From the IMG/VR virus record IMGVR_UViG_3300010351_001916: a stretch of DNA of 64,000 nt; one strand, given 5' to 3'. The notes below the pieces were generated by a model. It had not been told where the DNA came from, made no database searches, and saw nothing but the letters and a program-made list of their open reading frames with translations. The stretch is from an uncultured virus (IMG/VR IMGVR_UViG_3300010351_001916). Lineage: Duplodnaviria > Heunggongvirae > Uroviricota > Caudoviricetes. Below, piece by piece: positions 55,688-64,000 of this stretch. Numbering within the stretch: position 1 is the first letter of the stretch; each line of letters opens with the position of its first letter. A program made the position numbers and the translations under genes.

Positions 55688-57027
55688 GCCGCCTCCTTCG
55701 TGCTCGCCGGGATCCAGCGGAAGAGGTCCGGCTCCTGTGTGGCGGCGAGCATCTTAAGCTCCCGCATGTCCTTGGGGTGGCGCCCCTCCGTGAGCCGCAG
55801 CGCTTCGGAGAGCCGCGCCATCGCGCGCCAGTCGTCGATTTCGAAGGTGCTCGACCGGAGGACCATGGGCATCGCTCCGCCGCTGTCGCCGAGGCTCCAC
55901 TTGTCGCGCTCACGCTCGATGGCCGTCCCGCGCAGCAGCAGGAGCGGGAACGCCTTGATGACGGGCACCTCACGCTCGAGACACCAAGCGACACTCGCCT
56001 CGAACGAGTCCACGGTCTGCAGCGGCAGGCCGAAGATCAGCGACACCTCGTGAGAGATGCCGCGGGACCGCACCCCCGCGAGCGCTGCGTCCACCCGGCC
56101 GATCTGGTTGCGACGTGCGATCACGCGCCCCTCGGCCGCGTGGATCGTCTGGAGCCCGAACTCCAGGCAGACGTCCAGAGCTGACGCCGCGTCGAGGAAC
56201 GCATCATTCACCGCCTCCGCTCGACACTGCAGCGACAGACGCCCCGTGAAGCTCCGCTCCGCGAATCGCTCGAGGACGCCCACGGCGTGCGGTGCCATGT
56301 TGAAGATGGGGTCCAGCACGGCGATCTCGCGCACACCGGACTCGCAGAAGAGATCGATCTCGGCTTCGATACGCGGAAGGCCCAGGGCGCGCTGCCGCAG
56401 CCGCGCACCTGGCTCGCGGTGCTGGCAGAACGCGCAGCGGAACGGGCAGCCGCGCTGCGTCTCCCACCGGATGAACGACTGGTCGGTCAGCGGGATCGTC
56501 CCCGTCAGCCACGGCGAAGGAAGCGCTTCAAGGTTCACCGCCGCCTGCGCGAGGGCGTCCGGCGTCCCCGCCCAGTGGACGCCAAGGATCGGATTCGGCC
56601 GCGTCGTCGCCGCGAGAGTCGCCAGCGCTTCCTCGCCGTAGCCGCGGATGAAAGCATCGACGTCGGGGTAGATGCGCTCGAGACCGCGCCCGCTGTAGGA
56701 AATCTGAGGGCCGCCGAGGATCAGCCGGCCGCTGAAGCCCGCCGCCCGTAGTCGGCGGACCACGCCCTGCAGCAACTCCTCCCCCCACACGTAGGCCCCG
56801 AACGCGACATCGACGTCGGCGGGGTCAATGCCCTGCATCTCCTTGAGGATGGTGGCGGTGATCCCGGCAGCGTCGAGGTCGGGTCCGTTGACGGCCACGA
56901 CGATGGATCGGACTTCCAGCCCACCTCGTCCGCGCAGCGCGGTGAGGATGGACGCGTGACCCAGTGGGACGCGCGGGTCCTTGTCGCGCGTCCAGTAGAA
57001 ATCGACGAGAATGCTGCGGCGGTTCAA
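55684..57027 (-). CDS. B12-binding-domain radical SAM enzyme
   Basis: PLG, FGAYVW, ILGGP, IRGYGE; ETQRGCPFRCAFC; GAGGAGG before TTG at 57027. Confidence 0.9.
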   Translation of the reverse strand: MNRRSILVDFYWTRDKDPRVPLGHASILTALRGRGGLEVRSIVVAVNGPDLDAAGITATILKEMQGIDPADVDVAFGAYVWGEELLQGVVRRLRAAGFSGRLILGGPQISYSGRGLERIYPDVDAFIRGYGEEALATLAATTRPNPILGVHWAGTPDALAQAAVNLEALPSPWLTGTIPLTDQSFIRWETQRGCPFRCAFCQHREPGARLRQRALGLPRIEAEIDLFCESGVREIAVLDPIFNMAPHAVGVLERFAERSFTGRLSLQCRAEAVNDAFLDAASALDVCLEFGLQTIHAAEGRVIARRNQIGRVDAALAGVRSRGISHEVSLIFGLPLQTVDSFEASVAWCLEREVPVIKAFPLLLLRGTAIERERDKWSLGDSGGAMPMVLRSSTFEIDDWRAMARLSEALRLTEGRHPKDMRELKMLAATQEPDLFRWIPASTKEAA

Positions 57028-57192
57028 AGGGCCTCCTCGGCTCGGGCAGTCGCGATGACCGAGACGGCGCTGGATTCGGGATGCGGACATCGGACAGGAA
57101 AGATCGACGGAGCTACGAACTCACACGGAAGCGTTGTCCGCATGGGCTGCCGCTGCGCGTCTACCTCCCGACGCATGTGACCGGGAGCAGCG

Positions 57193-60100
57193 ATGAGATC
57201 CTTTGATGACCTCTTGAGACGACTCGACGCGGCCGAAGCCAAGGACTGGGAGGAGGAGTACGCAAGGGCCGCGGTTGAGCTCACGCGAGACCAGGCTTCC
57301 GCGGTGGTGTGCTCCGAGCGAGTCTACGCGCACTGGTTCGCGTTCCGGTTCGACGCGGGACCGCCCGGTGAGCCGCTTCCAACCACCGAGGCTGCCCTCG
57401 AGGCCGTTCTGCTCGGCAACGACGGATCGCCGCTTGATGCGTACCGCGTCGTGTTCGGGTCGCCGCCCGTCGCAGAGGACGCTCCGGTTGACCTGCGACT
57501 GGCTCTCCTCTGCAACGCTGCCGCCTGCGCCCTGAAGCAAGATACGTCCTGGTTTGCGACGTGGCTTGCCGCTTGTGCTGGTTTGGCAGCAATCGCCCTC
57601 GGCTCGCCCGAGCGGGCGTGGCCGTTCCTCGACGGCCTCACTACCGCAGGCCGTCGTCATCCGCACCTGGACAAGCTCGCTATGTTCGAGCCTCTGCGTC
57701 GCAGCGAGGCCGCCCAATGGAGTCCGTGGGTGCGCGCTGTGATCTGCCGCCTTTGGCCCAAGCTGGGCGTGCCCGTGGTCCCCTCGCTGCCGTTCCCGGA
57801 CGTGGGGGCCGACGAGGCTCCTCTCGAAGACACGCTCGACGAGCTCTCTCGCATCGGCGCGATCGAGGTCCGCGCCCTTGTCGAGGCTTTCGTCGAGGAG
57901 TTGGACTCGGTGGATCTCGAGCGCCGCGCAGACGAACCTCTCGTTCGCGAGCTCCGCGCGCGGGCCATGGGAGGGAATCTCGTGCCGCCGACCGTCGACC
58001 GCGTGCCATCGTGGTTCCCGGGTTGGGCGCTCGCGGTGGCCCGCGCAGGCGAGGCGCACCTCGCGCGGCTGGCGGGCCTGGTCCTTCGCGGGGTGGACTC
58101 CGATGCGGAGCAGCTAGCGGCCATGCTCGTGCTGCCCGCCGCCCGCGCGGCCGACCTGGAGGTGCTCGCTGAGGGGCTCGACGCTCCCGAGCTACAACCG
58201 CTCTTCGCTGAACTCACGGTCGCCCGAGAAGCGCTCCCCTTTGAGGTGGCAGACGCATTGGTCGCAGCTGCGCTGCCCCGTCACATTCGTTACGTCGAGG
58301 CTCTTGGTGTACTGGCCCAGCACGTCGAGCTGCTCCAAGGTGTGGGCGCTACGCCCGGGGGTGTTGTCAACCACATCGCAACGACGTTGCGGGCCTTGAT
58401 CGAGGGGAGGCAGCGAGAACACGAGGTCGTTCGTCCCATCCTCGAGCGAGTAACCGCCGAGGTCGGCCGTGAGGCCGGCCGGCTGAGCACCGTTGGGAGG
58501 CGCCTCAGCGCGGCCGACGTCGAGCGGGCTTCCGCGAAGATCGGAGTGCCGGAGGTCACCACCGGCCTGCTGGAAGCGGCCACCGAAGCCACTTCGGGAC
58601 TTCCGGTTCTCAATCGACTGCTGCTCGCCCTCGCGCTCCGACGAGCGGTCGGCGAGACGGACCACAAGGATCACTGGGAAGCGCCGCTCGCAAAGCTGGC
58701 TTCTGATTCGATCTACGCTCTTGGTGAGCCGCAGCTGTTCGACCTGCGACTGCGCCTGCTCGACGAGGCGATCCAGGCCGCCCACCCCGGGATGCCGAAC
58801 GCCAAACTCTACTTCCAGCGGGCGAACACTCGGGGGGCGACCAGGGCCGGAGACGTGCGATCGACCGAGCTCGCCCTCGCCGATCTGCACACGGCGATCC
58901 GGCTGGCGCGTGCCGAGGGGAACTCAGGTCTGTGCGCAGCGTCGACTGCCGCCTGGGTGAAGGCCCTCGTGTGGAGCGCCACTGATGACGGTGCGGGTCG
59001 CTCCGATCGACTCGCCGAGGCGGAGTCGGCCATCGCAGATGCCCTCGAACTGCCCCTCGATCCCATCGACAGGGCCGCGGTTCACCAGGCGCGCGCTCAC
59101 CTCGTGCGGCTGGGGAGCCCCGCGGAGTCCGTGAGCGCCTTCGAGGCCGCGCTCGCGCTGCTGATGCCCGAGGACCCGTTTTGGACCGAGATCGCCGCCG
59201 AGATTGTGGCGACCCTGCTGCGCGTGGATCGCCTCGAAGAGGCAGTGCAGCGCGGGACCGAGTACCTGAACCAGGTCCGGGGTGACGGCATCGGGATCGC
59301 GTTTGGGATGCTTCACCTGGCACTCGGAGAGGCGCACCTTGCGAGCGGGCACTGGGATGAGGCGCGGCGACAGCTCGAGAGCGGACTTCAACTGGTCCGT
59401 GGGCGCGACACCCTGAACGAAGCGCTTGCCCGGCTGCACCTCGCACAGCTTGGGCTGGCCGCTGGCGACAACGCGTTGAGCGAGGAGCATCTCCGGTTCC
59501 TGCGGGACCATCAAGAAGAGTTGGACCCGTTGACTCGCCGCGACCTCGACATCCTGGAGGCCGCCGCCCTCGCGGCACAAGGAGACACGGCCCAGCAGCG
59601 TGCGATGCTCGCCCGAACGCTCTCTACTGTGAAGGATGAGTGTGTGAGCGTTGGGCTGCGCCTCGAGATCGCGCGGCTCGACCTGGCCGCGGGACGTCCG
59701 GTCAACGGCCTCGACGGTCTCATCCTGCTCGGCCTTGAGACGGAGCTCGAGCCTCGCCACGAGGCGGTGCTGACCGATCTGCTCTGCGACCGCGATGAGT
59801 CGTTGGCTCCTTCGACGCGCGAGGAGGCGCTCCGTTGGGCTCGCCAGCGTCCGCCGAGCATCCTCGCACGGCTACAGCACCAAGCCGGCCGAACCGCGGA
59901 GGCCCGAAGCACGTTGCGCGCTGCGCTCGCCGGTGACCTAATAGACAACCACGAGCGCTTCGGCTGCACGCACTTGCTCATGACCTTGCTCGACAGCGAG
60001 CAGCACGACGAGCGGCGAGCGTTATGCGGCGAGCTGGAGCGGCTGCTCGACGCCGTCGAGGACGTGCCCCACGTCCGGCTCGATCTCGCGGCGGGGATGT

Positions 60101-63100
60101 GGATGGCAGCTAGCGACGAGCTGGGTGTGGTCCTGCGAGCGCGGGCGCACGCGCTTCGAGCGCTAGCTGCTCCTCTGGACCCGCGAGAGCGAGAGTTCGG
60201 TCATCGGACCATGGGGCGGATCACGATCGATCTGCTTCGGCTGTCGTTGCCGCTGTCGTCGCCTTCGCTCGCGCATGACGCGAGCTGGCTGCTCGAGGAG
60301 CTTGCGCTGGGCGAGCCGGAAGCCTCGAAGCTGCGGTTCGCGGCCGCGCATCTGCTGTTGCTGCCTGGCCCTCTGATGCACCCCGACGCGGTGAGCGTCG
60401 CGGGTCGCATGCTGGGCCTCGTGAGCGTACCGCCCGACGCACGGGCGTTCGGGGCGCTGGTTGAGCGTCTCCGATGGGTCCGAGACCTGGCTGGCCCTGC
60501 TTCGCCTGTGGTCCCGCCGGCAGCCGAGCTCCGCGGCCCGTTCGACCACCTCCCCACCTGGCTCGTTGACCAGGTGCATGGGCGCGACGGGACAGTCGCC
60601 CCGGACGAGCTCGCACTCGCTGCCTCTTCCCTTGCCACGGTCGTCCGAGCCCGACCGGACGTTGCCGACCCTCTGCTCGCGATGGCCATCTCCGCGCAGC
60701 ACAAGCTCTCGGGGAGGCAGCGGAAGGAGCTGCTCGACGCTGTCTACTCGGCGGTTCAGTCCGCCGGCGAAGTAGGGAACGAGACCTGGCCGCGTCTGCG
60801 CGGAGCGCTCGACGGCGTCCAGAAGAAGCACCACCACCCAAAGCTTGCGAACATCCGGTCGGCGACAAGGCACTCGTCGTCCTCAGAGCGTCGTGCGCCG
60901 ATGACGCGGCAGGGCACGGCCAGCGTGCGGAAGCACATCACCACCGTGCACGTCGGAGGCCGGCAACGAGCGAGGGATTGCTTCGAGCGAGGCGTGGGGC
61001 TGATGGATAGCCTTCGCCTCGACCGCTACGCTGCTGACGCCGGCCTGCGGCTCTCCCAGTCCCGCGCGCTTCTGGAGGAGGCGGTTGCCATCGCCCGGAA
61101 GAAGCGGATGCCTGAGCTGTTCGATTTCTTCGTCTCCTACGGCAACGCCTGGAAGATGAGCCCGGACGAGGACGTGGCAAAGGCGCTGCGCATCTACGAG
61201 TCCGCAGCGAAGCTCGATGCTCTGCCGGAGCAGCAGGCCAAGCTCTGGAAAGTCCAGGCGGACGCTCTGCGGCTGAGGGGCACCGCGGATGACCTCCGAC
61301 GAGCTGACCGACTCCTCGAACGAGCGTGTCGCGTCCGGAGCGGGCGCTGGCTCGCCGAGACCCTGATGTCCAGGGCGGAGGTTGCCCTCGTGCATCCCGA
61401 TCTTGACGACACCGCTCGGGAGAGAGGGGCCGCCTCCTTCACGATGGACGCGGTGAGGGCACACCGTGGCTTCGGAGACCAGGATGGGGTTGTGGGCTTC
61501 CTGCTTCATCGGCTCTCGGCATGGAAGAGGCTGCAGCCCAACGACGCAACGCCGGCGCGAGTTCGCGACGAACTCAAGGCTATCTACCCGTCCCGCGCCG
61601 CTCAGATCGATACCCGGGTGCTTCGCCTCACAGACCGCGAGGTCGAGAGCATCGTCGCGGTGATGGGGCACCCCGCAGGCAACGCCTTCCTGAAGATCCG
61701 AACGCGACTGATGGCCGCCAGCGACCGTGGCCTGGACGGTTTCCTGAACCAGTTCGGCCTCCCGGCGAAGGAAGCGGTAACGGAACAGATGGAGCGCGAC
61801 TCGCTCGTTGGGCGCCCCGACCTCGCCGAGGAGGTCCTCGCCTCGTTGGTAGTCTCCGCAGACGAAGCGGCGCGCCCAGGCATGCTCGCGGGACGAGTCG
61901 TCCTGTTGGCGTACCTCGCTCGCATCGGGCGACGGACCCTAGACGAGGTGCGGACAGCCACCGCCGAGGCGATCGCAGCAATCGGTGACGTCGAGGAGAT
62001 CCTCGTTCGGTCGACGCTGCTGCGAGAAGTCGCGGTCGCCTGGGCTCCCGACGACCACGCCGAGGATCCCGTCCGCGACTTCGCCCTCTCGGTAGATCTG
62101 CTCCGACGGTGCCTCACGTGGGAGGGTGGAGAGGAGAGCGCGGTGGGCGACACCCTCGCCTTCCTGGCCCGCGCCCTACGCTACTCGCCCGCCGGCGACC
62201 TCCAGTCGAATCTTCGTGAGGCTCGACGGTTGTATGAGCTTCGCCTCGAGCGCGCGCGTGCGGCCGACGGCCCAGACGTAATCGCCAACCTCGTGCACAA
62301 CCTGGCGGACGTCGAGAGCCAGATGGGCACGGGGAGCCGCCTTGAACGCATGCGCGCCGCCGAGCAGCGACTGGAGGAAGCAGCCTCGACAGCGCAGTCG
62401 CCCCACAAGAAGGCGCAGTACATAGGCAACCTCGCCTGGGAGCGAACGCAGATCGGCACGTTGATCGGAGGCTCCGAAGGCAGGGGGTACATCGAGAAGG
62501 CCCTCGCCACCTTCGACGAAGTGGACCAGACGCTGCTCGACGAACATGGGAGGAGGAACGTCGCGGGCAACCGCCGCGTGTGTGAGGCCACCCTCGCCAG
62601 GCTCGTCGGCGGACGAGTCGCCGAGATCGCGTCGTGGCGGGAGCACCTGGCGACGCTCGACGACCGTGCAGCCCCGAACAGCGTCGCGACCGCGAAGCAC
62701 AACCTCGCCGACGCCCTGATGTTCGGCGAAGACGTCACTCGCGCAGCGCTGGCCGAGGGGCTCCGGCTGTCGCGCGAGGCCGCCGAGGTGAGGACGCTCG
62801 AGGCGAACCCGCGGCATCACTGGGAGACTTCTCTCAACATCGGGCGCGCGCTCGTCGGCGCCCTGGCGACGGGGCGCCTCGACATCCTTCCGCTCCCGCC
62901 AGGCCAGGCGGCGGCAGAGGCCGGATTGTGGCTGCGTCGAGCGGCCGCCGCAGCGCGCATCCTGGGGCCCGGCGAGGAGCTCCTCGACGCGGCCTTCGCC
63001 CTCTGCGCGCTCGCTGCTGGTGCGCCCACGCCGGAGGCCTTCATCGATCACACCGAGGAAGCGTGGACGCTGGTTCACGAGGCTTTTGCTTACCTACTGC

Positions 63101-64000
63101 TTCACCCCCAAAGCCGAGGGCGCGAGGCCTGGTCGGCTACGAGCATGGCGGCGCAATTGGCATACAGGCTCGCGGAGCGCTCCCTCGCAGTTCCATCGCG
63201 CGGGCTCGCCTTCGTCCTTCACGGCGAGAGCGCTCGGCTCGTGGAGCGCTGGATCGTCCGAGCCCAGCAGCCCGCGAGGCGACCGCTTCAAGCACGGCTC
63301 TCCCGCCCGGAAGCTGTGTCGGCGTCTGTATGGGACGCATGGCGGAACGCCGTCGGATCCAGCGACCAGCGGCAGATGGCGGACGCGCTCGATCGAGTAC
63401 GAGAGGCCGCCCGCTCGTTCCTCGCCGAGGATCACGCCAACGACGTGACGTTGCGCTGGCTCCAGGCACGGCCGGGCAGCGTCGCGGTGGCCCTGATCCT
63501 CGCCGAGCCCGTGTCCCTGGCGCTGCTCATGCAGGCGGACGGGACCGGCGAGCGCAAGACCTGGGTACTCGGTCTCGAGCTGGGGCCACCACCGCTTCCC
63601 CTCGATGCGCTGACGGGCTTGATGAGCGGGGCCGTCCCAGGGCCGAGCGCCCACGCTCTGCTCGACGCACTCGCTCAGTGGATCAGGCGGGGTGTAGTGG
63701 AACCTATCGAGCGGTTTCTTGGCGAACCCCCGACCGCGGTCTTGTGGAGCCCAGGACCTGGCCTTCGTCTCGTCGCGCCCAGTGCCGTCTGGCGCACTGT
63801 CCCGGTGGCAGCGACGACTTCCCTCGTGCTCCCTGACCTCACCTCCTCGCCGAGTCGGCGCCGCTCATCGCTGGTCATGCTCGCCGACCCCGGTGCCCAG
63901 ACGCCAGATCCGCGGCTCGACCTCCGCGGTCAAGGCGTGCCGACCTTGCAAACGCTCGAACGCGCGGCTGCTCGACGGGGCCCCGTGCGACTGCTGGGGA
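57193..64000 (+). CDS. Giant TPR-repeat protein with the start of a CHAT domain (over 2,260 aa, truncated by the window)
   Basis: Frame appears open from ATG 57193 (GGGAG upstream) to the window end; no ORF called in this frame; TPR-like helices; LAQWIRRGVVEPIERFL...VLWSPGPGLRLVAP...LVMLADP resembles a CHAT N-terminus. Confidence 0.75.
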   Translation, partial: MRSFDDLLRRLDAAEAKDWEEEYARAAVELTRDQASAVVCSERVYAHWFAFRFDAGPPGEPLPTTEAALEAVLLGNDGSPLDAYRVVFGSPPVAEDAPVDLRLALLCNAAACALKQDTSWFATWLAACAGLAAIALGSPERAWPFLDGLTTAGRRHPHLDKLAMFEPLRRSEAAQWSPWVRAVICRLWPKLGVPVVPSLPFPDVGADEAPLEDTLDELSRIGAIEVRALVEAFVEELDSVDLERRADEPLVRELRARAMGGNLVPPTVDRVPSWFPGWALAVARAGEAHLARLAGLVLRGVDSDAEQLAAMLVLPAARAADLEVLAEGLDAPELQPLFAELTVAREALPFEVADALVAAALPRHIRYVEALGVLAQHVELLQGVGATPGGVVNHIATTLRALIEGRQREHEVVRPILERVTAEVGREAGRLSTVGRRLSAADVERASAKIGVPEVTTGLLEAATEATSGLPVLNRLLLALALRRAVGETDHKDHWEAPLAKLASDSIYALGEPQLFDLRLRLLDEAIQAAHPGMPNAKLYFQRANTRGATRAGDVRSTELALADLHTAIRLARAEGNSGLCAASTAAWVKALVWSATDDGAGRSDRLAEAESAIADALELPLDPIDRAAVHQARAHLVRLGSPAESVSAFEAALALLMPEDPFWTEIAAEIVATLLRVDRLEEAVQRGTEYLNQVRGDGIGIAFGMLHLALGEAHLASGHWDEARRQLESGLQLVRGRDTLNEALARLHLAQLGLAAGDNALSEEHLRFLRDHQEELDPLTRRDLDILEAAALAAQGDTAQQRAMLARTLSTVKDECVSVGLRLEIARLDLAAGRPVNGLDGLILLGLETELEPRHEAVLTDLLCDRDESLAPSTREEALRWARQRPPSILARLQHQAGRTAEARSTLRAALAGDLIDNHERFGCTHLLMTLLDSEQHDERRALCGELERLLDAVEDVPHVRLDLAAGMWMAASDELGVVLRARAHALRALAAPLDPREREFGHRTMGRITIDLLRLSLPLSSPSLAHDASWLLEELALGEPEASKLRFAAAHLLLLPGPLMHPDAVSVAGRMLGLVSVPPDARAFGALVERLRWVRDLAGPASPVVPPAAELRGPFDHLPTWLVDQVHGRDGTVAPDELALAASSLATVVRARPDVADPLLAMAISAQHKLSGRQRKELLDAVYSAVQSAGEVGNETWPRLRGALDGVQKKHHHPKLANIRSATRHSSSSERRAPMTRQGTASVRKHITTVHVGGRQRARDCFERGVGLMDSLRLDRYAADAGLRLSQSRALLEEAVAIARKKRMPELFDFFVSYGNAWKMSPDEDVAKALRIYESAAKLDALPEQQAKLWKVQADALRLRGTADDLRRADRLLERACRVRSGRWLAETLMSRAEVALVHPDLDDTARERGAASFTMDAVRAHRGFGDQDGVVGFLLHRLSAWKRLQPNDATPARVRDELKAIYPSRAAQIDTRVLRLTDREVESIVAVMGHPAGNAFLKIRTRLMAASDRGLDGFLNQFGLPAKEAVTEQMERDSLVGRPDLAEEVLASLVVSADEAARPGMLAGRVVLLAYLARIGRRTLDEVRTATAEAIAAIGDVEEILVRSTLLREVAVAWAPDDHAEDPVRDFALSVDLLRRCLTWEGGEESAVGDTLAFLARALRYSPAGDLQSNLREARRLYELRLERARAADGPDVIANLVHNLADVESQMGTGSRLERMRAAEQRLEEAASTAQSPHKKAQYIGNLAWERTQIGTLIGGSEGRGYIEKALATFDEVDQTLLDEHGRRNVAGNRRVCEATLARLVGGRVAEIASWREHLATLDDRAAPNSVATAKHNLADALMFGEDVTRAALAEGLRLSREAAEVRTLEANPRHHWETSLNIGRALVGALATGRLDILPLPPGQAAAEAGLWLRRAAAAARILGPGEELLDAAFALCALAAGAPTPEAFIDHTEEAWTLVHEAFAYLLLHPQSRGREAWSATSMAAQLAYRLAERSLAVPSRGLAFVLHGESARLVERWIVRAQQPARRPLQARLSRPEAVSASVWDAWRNAVGSSDQRQMADALDRVREAARSFLAEDHANDVTLRWLQARPGSVAVALILAEPVSLALLMQADGTGERKTWVLGLELGPPPLPLDALTGLMSGAVPGPSAHALLDALAQWIRRGVVEPIERFLGEPPTAVLWSPGPGLRLVAPSAVWRTVPVAATTSLVLPDLTSSPSRRRSSLVMLADPGAQTPDPRLDLRGQGVPTLQTLERAAARRGPVRLLG

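Noticed and set aside
57275..63878. Many short ORFs in the last 7 kb
   Set aside because: They are better explained as shadows of the single open + frame starting at 57193

Overview
A GC-rich window (host probably myxobacterial, inferred from GC content and protein style). About 1-53,950 is a largely intact, + strand contractile-tailed prophage whose left end lies outside the window. It has an early/replication module (two sigma-like genes, SSB, SF2 helicase, primase-helicase, Cas4-like nuclease), then packaging, head, tail, baseplate, fibre and lysis genes, then an amidoligase/GGCT accessory block. Several mostly antisense, defence-like genes are inserted among the structural genes. To the right are a solo JAB protease, a B12-radical-SAM plus nucleotide-kinase operon, and an uncalled >2,200-aa TPR-CHAT ORF that runs off the window. 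The main points are: (1) the B12-radical-SAM/CMPK2-like kinase pair mirrors viperin/kinase logic and is a candidate antiviral nucleotide-analogue system; (2) two Dam-type methyltransferase domains are fused to a split prohead protease, with hydrophobic-x-K motifs at each domain border, suggesting virion-packaged MTases; (3) three fixed-spacing promoter-like motif families suggest a two-sigma cascade and mark where cargo genes insert; (4) a microhomology scar shows two cargo cassettes stacked at one slot. All function calls come from visual motif recognition; no searches were run.
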